Positions 57,701 through 64,000 of a stretch of 64,000 bases of DNA are shown here, piece by piece (the first letter of the stretch is position 1; each line of letters opens with the position of its first letter). Where the stretch lies: positions 6,786-70,785 of IMG/VR virus record IMGVR_UViG_3300030012_004234; one strand, written 5' to 3'. Below the pieces are notes generated by a model, which made no database searches, was not told the origin of the DNA, and saw only the letters and a list, made by a program, of their open reading frames with translations. Origin of the DNA: a virus. Both the position numbers and the translations under genes were made by a program.

Positions 57701-58198
57701 TTGATCTAAAAATAGATAACCATCTTCGATTCTAAATTTATACTCTTCCTCAGAGCCTGTGCTAAAAATTATTTCAATACTGAAAGAATCGGGAGTTATA
57801 TTAACAGCTCTTGCGCTTTTGACACCAAGCCCCATTTCATTTTGTACTTTTGCTACAGCTTTTCCTGTAATTTTTGCTACTTTAGCAGTTTCATTTTGAC
57901 CTAAATCACTTACAGCAGACGATTCAGTATCTCCTTCTAATTCATTTTTTAAATCTTCTGGTTCAACTAAATCTACATCTATGCCTTTATCTACTAATTT
58001 TTCTGCTTTATCACTATTCGAGGTTCTTACTCTTCCTTCTTCAGAAAGCATTTTTTTATATGATTCTTTAAGAATATTTAATTTTGCAGTTTTTTCTTTT
58101 AAATCTTGAACGGAAAGATTTTTATAGGACCCGTCTTTGATGCTTTTTAAAGTAAACTCGCATTTAGCCAATCGGGTTTTTATTTCCTCGTAGGTCAT
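54752..58198 (-). CDS. 1148-aa modular polyprotein-like putative internal head protein
   Basis: About 14 compositionally distinct segments joined at x-[KNQD]-E sites; TATTTATA at 58221-58228. Confidence 0.65.
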   Translation of the reverse strand: MTYEEIKTRLAKCEFTLKSIKDGSYKNLSVQDLKEKTAKLNILKESYKKMLSEEGRVRTSNSDKAEKLVDKGIDVDLVEPEDLKNELEGDTESSAVSDLGQNETAKVAKITGKAVAKVQNEMGLGVKSARAVNITPDSFSIEIIFSTGSEEEYKFRIEDGYLFLDQFEYGGGVFDKKLAPVGIKADGKPLLHQDVINRELKSVLNNIMGNPANRGDRFKNETMSDKEFQDAKEAERLEKHPERDKIKKIQAMIAKERRKKNIKEGEYAADKYNVNVYGYQTKYYKICPGAKSFIQDVVDGNYGELNKEEVIRLAKLHDVLFKMEIRALKDSSYATKILNDAQYVSATIKDQVSSMGLPVDRVDYLDGHIEKIKDASQGVKEFFGFGKNKADKIYEPKSTILFNRYAFMDRIGTEFEKYSPRQKAGVNNILKAIDNFFAKSDLSKIRDNIGFRIYPTGQKGAFKEDSTTLYVAIDGPTGLNRTAKPKVALKYVTEFVKDFLMKQEGLDVGQGKGEKGTDIRAFEIFIPIKFNEVEVKEDRISKIQKLINIKKNNETKGAPSGHYFTASGNLVKGRLTKAAREKGARLSDPKDKQRSKVPPVTQYNEEEIDNPEYYFEYLNKLRDSGVTNMFGAVPYLRAEFGLDRNTARQILATWMKSSMKEASAELSKAEKKKLKDMSKSLKKSSKGHAGQAKYLDKLVKEGDLVYLDDGDIDFIKSFVARLGYDKDPVTGEEFSKLKQILKAVIRSSEEDTLTLQEGDLYYIGKEEKIKLLNILKMLQSGEVGQDVGMIKKAAELLKDMLRGFGDDRNEAIEDKELPKGKYSVSELQKVHKLIVDKMKELNALRKEKGGDHMYQGGSEPGKHSVMDHLKSLTKKKKQVEAALEKAVANVGRGQELDPNVQENADQDEALDRLKDIVGRVEELGEEARDIVRQNFPNELSRMDGYGVFNMVYSNNRYDTTLGSEVDRLEDYGYDDLDDEDYPMEEKELKEGTELYDKGGLQIKRFFGGKRGLMVQITYGREYIQIPADDFPRMARAMQSVIGDLKDMSTQYPRRKNIDEDTDIGHQDDEPGMLKSTAYEAATFAAKLYKKLAKYDQFDGEVDFPNWWQSKLILSKDYLSKAFHYLDSEEKQPIIDKLALEGKNEKKGS

Positions 58199-58234
58199 AG
58201 TTTCTTAGTTTATATACGTATATAAATAAATAGA

Positions 58235-58861
58235 TTAGTCTTCCCAAATAACATTTTTAAACTTTTCCGGGGAAAGCCCAAAAAAATCAGTACGCCATTG
58301 AGTCTGGTCAAAGAAATTTAAATCATACCATAGATCCTTCTTTTTCCATAAAATTTTAGCTATATCATCCCAGTCTTTAGATAGAATAAACTGTTCTATT
58401 TCTAGCTTTTTTTCTACAACTGCATTATAGTCAAACGAATCCCATTCATAATGAAAAACTTCAAATACTGCATCTTCTGATACGTAGTCGATGGAGATGT
58501 CTATACCCCACTTAGGCTTCATTTTTACTAATTTATATAACATAGGATTAGTCACAGCAAACTTTTCTAATTGTAGTTTAGCTGTACCATTAAATCCTTT
58601 TCTTTCAAATATGTCTGAGTGATTAATATGAGCTCCTTCTCTTTTGTCCCATACTATCCAATCTTGTCTTAAACAATCTTCATGTCTTCTTTCTATAGGA
58701 TCGTATCCATTAGGAATTAAATAAGCTTGTTCAGCTTTTGTTAAATGGTAACCATTCTGATCAAATAGATCAACGCAATTAGGGTCACGTAAAATATCTA
58801 CCTCTAAGGTAGGTTCTGTATAATACGCTTGTTTAGAAAAAACTGTGTTTGCTATCTTCAT
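58235..58861 (-). CDS. Hypothetical protein
   Basis: 208-aa globular, aromatic-rich ORF (FDQNGY, KPKWGIDISIDY). Confidence 0.6.
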   Translation of the reverse strand: MKIANTVFSKQAYYTEPTLEVDILRDPNCVDLFDQNGYHLTKAEQAYLIPNGYDPIERRHEDCLRQDWIVWDKREGAHINHSDIFERKGFNGTAKLQLEKFAVTNPMLYKLVKMKPKWGIDISIDYVSEDAVFEVFHYEWDSFDYNAVVEKKLEIEQFILSKDWDDIAKILWKKKDLWYDLNFFDQTQWRTDFFGLSPEKFKNVIWED

Positions 58862-59535
58862 TTCTTTTTACCGCTTTTCATATTAGCACACCAGTGGTAC
58901 ATTTTACCTTTTTCACCACCATATTTCTTAGCTTTAGCTCTTAGACTACTTACTGAGCCTTTACAGCTAGCTCCTGCTTTTTTAACTCTTCCAGGTCTGC
59001 TTTTACCTTTCTTTTTGCCGTCCCTAAAATTTTCAGTATTTATATCTTCTTTCTTCATTCTCTGAGTCTTTCTTTTCGAAGCCTCTTTTCTAGAAGTTAT
59101 ATATTTTAAAGCTGCTTTTAATCTTTTTTTCTTTTCAGGGTCTTTAGTTCTGCCGACTGCTGCTCTAACTCTTTGGTGTATAAGGTTAATAACTTGTGAT
59201 TGTCTTGCATGTGATTTATTTTTGAAAGTTTTTTTACTTAATGTATCAACTACATCCTGTCTAGTACTAAACTTTACTTTTACTGTATCAGATGGATCTT
59301 CATCTGTATATAACCTTCTACTAGAACCTTTAGGCTTTTTTCCTGTACCTTTTTTTGGATCGGCTTCATTTATAGCTTCTCTGATTAATTTAGCTAGTTC
59401 ATTTTTATTAGAAAGATAAGCAGCAATTGCCATTTGACGCTTTTTTTTCTTAGACTTACCTTTGAATTGAGGAGCCTTAGATTTAGTGAAATCGTCTACA
59501 TAATCTCCTGCGTCTGATTTTTTAGTTAAAGGCAT
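58858..59535 (-). CDS. Highly basic three-module protein
   Basis: Modules DF..SKAPQFKGKS..RQMAIAAY | DPKKGTGKKPKGS.RRLYTDE | NFRDGK..HWCANMK, separated by KNE/INE/KKE/NTE. Confidence 0.6.
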   Translation of the reverse strand: MPLTKKSDAGDYVDDFTKSKAPQFKGKSKKKKRQMAIAAYLSNKNELAKLIREAINEADPKKGTGKKPKGSSRRLYTDEDPSDTVKVKFSTRQDVVDTLSKKTFKNKSHARQSQVINLIHQRVRAAVGRTKDPEKKKRLKAALKYITSRKEASKRKTQRMKKEDINTENFRDGKKKGKSRPGRVKKAGASCKGSVSSLRAKAKKYGGEKGKMYHWCANMKSGKKK

Positions 59536-59722
59536 TTCTTTTAATTAACTCTCTTTTTATAATATTCTTTTTTCTACTGTATGAATTACTCTCATACATC
59601 TTTTTTAATTCTTCTGTAGATGTATTATGAGGAGTATAATGCTTCCAAGTAAATTTATTAGTCATTCTGCCTCTGGCATCTCTAACATATTCTTTAGTAC
59701 TTGCTTTTAACTTTGCTGGCAT
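59522..59722 (-). CDS. Small basic hypothetical protein
   Basis: The ORF track starts at 59740, but the ATG at 59722 overlaps the upstream stop (TAATG) and is the likelier start (MPAKLK...). Confidence 0.55.
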   Translation of the reverse strand: MPAKLKASTKEYVRDARGRMTNKFTWKHYTPHNTSTEELKKMYESNSYSRKKNIIKRELIKRNAFN

Positions 59723-61302
59723 TATTTTTGTCCTTTCCAAATTTCACCTCTTCTACATCTAACTACTGCTCCAGAAGCATAAGCTGATGGCCAGGTGTCA
59801 TATTTACGTTTAGCAATTCTAGTACATCTGTCGTCTTTTTCCATTATAACTTCTTTACCTTGTGCTTCATGAATTAAACCTGTGATAAGGTTAGCTATAT
59901 CTTCTTTAGTTAATTCTTTTACTGGTTTATAACCGGATCCGTATGGAGCAGATTTACCATCTTGAGGATTAGCAGTTTCTTGCTTTTTACTTTTTTCAGC
60001 TTCTTTTCTTTTTTCGTACTCTTTTTGAGAACTCTGTTTTAACTGGTCTATCTTCTTATAATAGTCTCTAATTTTAGTATAACGGCTTTCACTCATTCCT
60101 TTATCAAATAAATCTATTTCTAGACCTGCTAAATCAAAATCATATTCATCTGCTATAGCAATGACTAATTCCATTGCAGCTTCTCTTGCGCTAATGTCTC
60201 CATCAATCATTAGATCTTCTACTGCATCTTTGATATAATTCATTACACCTCTACCTTCGTTTATTTTTTTATTTTTTTTCATACCTGTTGTTTTAAAATG
60301 ATCAGCGTAATTTTTTTTGGATATCTCCATACCTTTATCTTCATCCATTTCAGATTGACCATAAGGTGAATTAACCCAAGCATCAGGGTCAACATCATTC
60401 ATATTAATATCTGAGTGTGATGCTTTAGCTTCTGATCCAAACAAATGTTTAAGTATCGATAGTGTATTCATTTTATCTACTCCTCCGACACTAAATGAAT
60501 GAGTTTGATCAGTTTTATGTTTAGCAGGGTCAAATGGAAACTTAAAATCATATATTCTTATTCCGCTTTTTTCTTCTCCAGAACTAACATCTCCGATAGG
60601 GACTATTTCCCATTCATGTTGAACTTTATCAGAAGGATTAGATTTTCTTCTTACTACGAAATCACCTTCATCAGCTATTTTTTCAATTTCAGCTTCTAAG
60701 TCTTTAAATTTCATAACTAGACTACCGTGTCTAGAACCTAGTACATATTCATTCATAAGATCTTCGTTATCTTTTACTGAAGAGTCTACTATATCTATAT
60801 CTTCATTTCTTACATAAACCATAGCATCATAAGTCATAGCTCTAGCTTCAGGCCCAGAAATATAAAATATTACATTTCCTGCACCGTCATTATCAACTAT
60901 ATCAACTTTGTGCCCTCCTACGTCATATACATCGTTCTCTAAAGCACTATCTATTACTGCTACAGCTTTTTTATAGTCTCTTCTTTTTACTTTTATATAT
61001 TCTTTATTACCTTCGTTTACCATCACTTCTTTTTTTACTGTTGCTTTTTTAGTATTTTTAACAACTGTCTTTCCTTTAGCACCTGCTTTCTTTTTCTTTC
61101 TTGCTGTAGCTGCTCTTTGATTTTTTGTTAAAGATTGAGCTTTAGCTTTCGGTAAACATCTATCAGGATTTTTTTTATTCTTAGATGTACCACATGGACC
61201 TGCTATATTACCAGAAGAAGAAATACGTACCCATTTTTCTTTTTTAAACCAGTCTCTTAATGACTCTAAAGTTAATTCGTGTATTTGTTTATTAGTAATC
61301 AT
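59722..61302 (-). CDS. Modular polyprotein-like protein with DUF5872-like terminal modules
   Basis: N-terminal LRDWF.KEKWV..PCG..CLPK and C-terminal WPSAYASG..V.CR; internal modules bounded by VNE|G, MNE|Y, MDE|D, INE|G, MSE|S, KQE|T, VKE|L. Confidence 0.65.
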   Translation of the reverse strand: MITNKQIHELTLESLRDWFKKEKWVRISSSGNIAGPCGTSKNKKNPDRCLPKAKAQSLTKNQRAATARKKKKAGAKGKTVVKNTKKATVKKEVMVNEGNKEYIKVKRRDYKKAVAVIDSALENDVYDVGGHKVDIVDNDGAGNVIFYISGPEARAMTYDAMVYVRNEDIDIVDSSVKDNEDLMNEYVLGSRHGSLVMKFKDLEAEIEKIADEGDFVVRRKSNPSDKVQHEWEIVPIGDVSSGEEKSGIRIYDFKFPFDPAKHKTDQTHSFSVGGVDKMNTLSILKHLFGSEAKASHSDINMNDVDPDAWVNSPYGQSEMDEDKGMEISKKNYADHFKTTGMKKNKKINEGRGVMNYIKDAVEDLMIDGDISAREAAMELVIAIADEYDFDLAGLEIDLFDKGMSESRYTKIRDYYKKIDQLKQSSQKEYEKRKEAEKSKKQETANPQDGKSAPYGSGYKPVKELTKEDIANLITGLIHEAQGKEVIMEKDDRCTRIAKRKYDTWPSAYASGAVVRCRRGEIWKGQK

Positions 61303-61658
61303 ATTTTATCACTATGCATCATTATCATTCTAATAATTACAGTTGCTAAAAGTGCAAAAATAATCCATAGAGCTTTATTGACTCCATCTTTCCAGTTTTT
61401 TAAAGATTCTAATTCTTGCATATGAAGTTGAAAATCTTTTTCATTACCTTGCATTTCTTTACGAAATTCAGTATTTTGATTAGTTCTTACTATAACACCG
61501 TCGTCTGGGTTAAGAAGAGTATATTTCAAATCAGACATATCATCTTTCATTTCTTTTACGTCCTCCATCAATGCTTTAAGTTCTCCGTTAGGCATATGTT
61601 TTTTAATATGCGTTAACTCTCTAAGTACTTTTTCTAATATGTCTCTCTGTGTAGCCAT
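61299..61658 (-). CDS. Coiled-coil protein with C-terminal transmembrane helix (XhlA/holin-like architecture)
   Basis: Heptad repeats then ALWIIFALLATVII; TATTTATA at 61671-61678. Confidence 0.6.
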   Translation of the reverse strand: MATQRDILEKVLRELTHIKKHMPNGELKALMEDVKEMKDDMSDLKYTLLNPDDGVIVRTNQNTEFRKEMQGNEKDFQLHMQELESLKNWKDGVNKALWIIFALLATVIIRMIMMHSDKI

Positions 61659-61681
61659 GAATTTCTTTAATATAAATATCT

Positions 61682-62260
61682 TTATAATTGCTTACGGATA
61701 TGTTCAGAGTAACCTTTTAAATCTTTTAGTATTTTTTCTTTAGTATTTTTTGACATTCCTCCCCAATCTTCGACATCTCCTGCTTCAGTTACAAATGATA
61801 ATTGGTCATTAACTGAGTTAGATACCCAGTTTTCAATATCTTCTAAAAAGCTAACTATATTACCGCTAATCATTTTTCTTTCATACTCTTTATATAGTCC
61901 GGCTTTTCTTAATGAAGCTTCCATCTCTACAGTACAAGGATCAAAACAAAACCCATGAATTTTAAACATCTTCTTAGCTAGATGATGTCCCATAGGGCCT
62001 CCACATTTAGGGCAAGATAGAGGAACTCTTAATGCTTTTTTAGCTCCATCAAGTTTAGTTATATTTTGCTTAATACCATTTTTTATAGTCCAAGTTTTTC
62101 CTCCTTCTTCCCAGATTTCTCCTTCTTGATATCTTGACTTATTTTTTTGATAACCAGATTGTATTTTAGTTTTTTTAGTAAAATCTTTATTTACTATATT
62201 TCTAACTCTCTGAATATCACTTTCTTTAAATTCTTTTTTTAAGAGTGATTCATTACTCAT
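61682..62260 (-). CDS. Zinc-finger-containing hypothetical protein
   Basis: EGEIWEE.GKTWTIKNG, CPKC...CFDPC. Confidence 0.65.
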   Translation of the reverse strand: MSNESLLKKEFKESDIQRVRNIVNKDFTKKTKIQSGYQKNKSRYQEGEIWEEGGKTWTIKNGIKQNITKLDGAKKALRVPLSCPKCGGPMGHHLAKKMFKIHGFCFDPCTVEMEASLRKAGLYKEYERKMISGNIVSFLEDIENWVSNSVNDQLSFVTEAGDVEDWGGMSKNTKEKILKDLKGYSEHIRKQL

Positions 62261-62798
62261 AACCTAATTCTTTTAATTTTTCTATAACGTGATCAACATT
62301 TCCATTTTTACACCTAATTGCTATACCTCCTTTAGATGCCCATTCATTTATATTAGATTTTTTGTCATCTATTAATATACTATTTTCGTTTGAATACCTC
62401 TGTTTATCAGCTGAATATGCAAAAATAGTTTTAGGTTTAGGCTGTAAATTATTTCTTACCCAAAGGTTTTTACCAAGCCTAGACGTATCGTTTCTCGAAG
62501 GAGAAGTTAAAAGATGAGGTTTGTATGGTTTTATAAAATCCCATAATCTTTTTCCTTCAGGCATCCAATCCATACCTACCCAAAACCTTACACCTATTTT
62601 AAAATCTATAAGATGCCAAAACTGTTCTAACCCGTATTGCTTTTCATAAGCTTGAGGACCAGTCCCAGTAAAATGTTCAAACCTTGATTCAAAATCAGTC
62701 AATACTCCATCCATATCACAATATATTTGATAAGGGGGTAACTCTTTTTGTTCCGGAATTGGATATGCTTCTAATAATTTTACTATACTATTCTCCAT
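62253..62798 (-). CDS. HAD-family 5'(3')-nucleotidase-like protein
   Basis: IYCDMDGVLTDF, LTSP, GK..WV, ILIDD, W...GG; leader MENSIVKLLE|A. Confidence 0.85.
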   Translation of the reverse strand: MENSIVKLLEAYPIPEQKELPPYQIYCDMDGVLTDFESRFEHFTGTGPQAYEKQYGLEQFWHLIDFKIGVRFWVGMDWMPEGKRLWDFIKPYKPHLLTSPSRNDTSRLGKNLWVRNNLQPKPKTIFAYSADKQRYSNENSILIDDKKSNINEWASKGGIAIRCKNGNVDHVIEKLKELGYE

Positions 62799-64000
62799 AC
62801 GGTATATTTAATTCAGGTGCTCTTTTTTTCCAAATATCTTTTATAAGTTCTTGCTCTTTAGGAGTTAGCTTTAACTTATCAACTAAGTAGTTATCAATAA
62901 CTTTTTCTAAAGGCTGTCTTGATTTTTTAGCTTGTAAGTATAATCCTTCTAAATTAGCATCTATTTCTTTTTCTAATTTATAATAACCAGGGCCTGGTGA
63001 TTTACTAAGTTTAGCTCTTCTCATACTATCAGATGCTTTTTCTTTACCTTTTTTGACATTAGGTCCTGATTGCATTAGATGAGTTATTTCGTGGCGTATT
63101 ATATTTCTTAACTCCATAGCTATAGTAGACCATCTTTCAGGTAACTCATTTTTATTGATAGCAAACTTAACTACTACTTCAGGTCTTTGTGGATAAGCTG
63201 TTCCTCCTTCTACTGATTTTATGTTGTAATCAAAAATAGCTTGAGCTCTATATTTAAAATCTAAATGAGGGTAGTCAAACTCTTTACCGGGTCCTACTTC
63301 AACTGCAAAGTATCCTTTCCTTTGCTTTTCATCGTGATCTCCTTTCCATGCATTTAAAGTAAATCCGGCAAGTTTAGTTACTAAGCTATCATACTTACCT
63401 TCATTAAGATTACTATTTTCATTTTTTATTCTATCTTCCCAGTTTCTAAAAGTTAAATTACCTTTAGTATATGCTTCTTTTTCTAATTCTAATAATTCAT
63501 CCGATTCATTAGTATTAGTAGTACTTATATTTCCTAACCTTCCTTCAACGTTCTGTATGTGGTGAATCATTTCATGAGTAAACGATCTCATAATGTCTTT
63601 AGGGTGCCTACCTTCTACATATATTACCATTTCTTTTAAATCAGGATTATAGTAAGCGGTTCTACCAAAAAAGTCTGCTGCTTCTTTTATATCTCTTTTT
63701 ACTTTAATATCAGGTAAAGGAAGAATATTCATTTTTTGATCCATCATATATTCAAGTATAGAAGCCATATATGGAGTAAAATCAAAATTAGAATTAGATG
63801 TTTCATCTTTCAATGATACTTTTATATGGTCAGTTTTAAATTCAACATCAACATATTCATCTCCTATTTGATTTTTTATTCTATTGTATAAAGTAATTAA
63901 ATGAGCTCTTTCTGAAGATTTCATAACCGATCTAGGAGCTATTGCAGCCATTCCATGACCTTCTTCTATCTCTTCAGTAAAGAGGTTTTCAATAGTATCT
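62788..64000 (-). CDS. Tandem zincin (HExxH) domain protein; 5' end lies beyond the window
   Basis: HEMIHHIQ...E.EAY and HEITHLMQ...EIDA. The frame stays open upstream of 63951 to the edge (DTIENLFTEEIEEGHG-MAAIAP). Confidence 0.75.
   Translation of the reverse strand, partial: DTIENLFTEEIEEGHGMAAIAPRSVMKSSERAHLITLYNRIKNQIGDEYVDVEFKTDHIKVSLKDETSNSNFDFTPYMASILEYMMDQKMNILPLPDIKVKRDIKEAADFFGRTAYYNPDLKEMVIYVEGRHPKDIMRSFTHEMIHHIQNVEGRLGNISTTNTNESDELLELEKEAYTKGNLTFRNWEDRIKNENSNLNEGKYDSLVTKLAGFTLNAWKGDHDEKQRKGYFAVEVGPGKEFDYPHLDFKYRAQAIFDYNIKSVEGGTAYPQRPEVVVKFAINKNELPERWSTIAMELRNIIRHEITHLMQSGPNVKKGKEKASDSMRRAKLSKSPGPGYYKLEKEIDANLEGLYLQAKKSRQPLEKVIDNYLVDKLKLTPKEQELIKDIWKKRAPELNIPYGE

Noticed and set aside
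3284-62890. All plus-strand ORFs in the track (60-112 aa)
   Set aside because: They are antisense shadows of, or overlap, well-supported minus-strand genes, have S/F/L-rich composition and show no motifs.
1-64000. Stop-codon reassignment (as in some large or Bacteroidota phages)
   Set aside because: The standard code yields full-length terminase, portal, MCP and sheath with dense packing; TAG and TAA both end genes.
1-64000. tRNA/rRNA genes, integrase, transposase, reverse transcriptase/DGR
   Set aside because: Intergenic gaps are short and no cloverleaf, recombinase, RT or template/variable repeat pair was recognised by eye; tRNAscan and a self dot-plot would confirm.

Overview
A 64-kb, AT-rich segment of a large T4-like (contractile-tailed) bacteriophage genome. 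Essentially all genes lie on the minus strand, tightly packed and in the standard genetic code. In transcription order (high to low coordinates): (1) ~64-43.7 kb: a head-morphogenesis region with large terminase (gp17), portal (gp20) and prohead protease (gp21), interspersed with many non-core genes; (2) scaffold, major capsid (gp23), neck/tail-terminator (gp13/14/15) and Ser/Thr/Gly-rich fibre-like genes, including an S74-chaperone gene; (3) a ~29-kb, ~35-gene glycan biosynthesis/modification island (GT7-LamG pair, five SGNH-like paralogs, NeuB/NeuA, sulfotransferases, radical SAM enzymes, nucleotidyltransferases); (4) tail sheath (gp18) and the start of the tail tube (gp19). A Bacteroidota-type promoter and the absence of obvious Shine-Dalgarno motifs suggest a Bacteroidota host (inference). 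The most interesting signal is a candidate capsid-cargo system in region 1. About ten genes begin with short leaders ending in a prohead-protease-type [LIVM]-x-E site, and three of them share MKN(N)F[ND]LRK[FY]LxEN. Several long ORFs (1148, 779, 526 and 225 aa) look like bead-on-a-string polyproteins of unrelated modules (about 20-160 aa) joined at x-[KNQD]-E junctions. One leader-bearing gene is flanked by a duplicated copy of the protease gene's 3' end. All annotations come from motif recognition by eye; no database searches were run.
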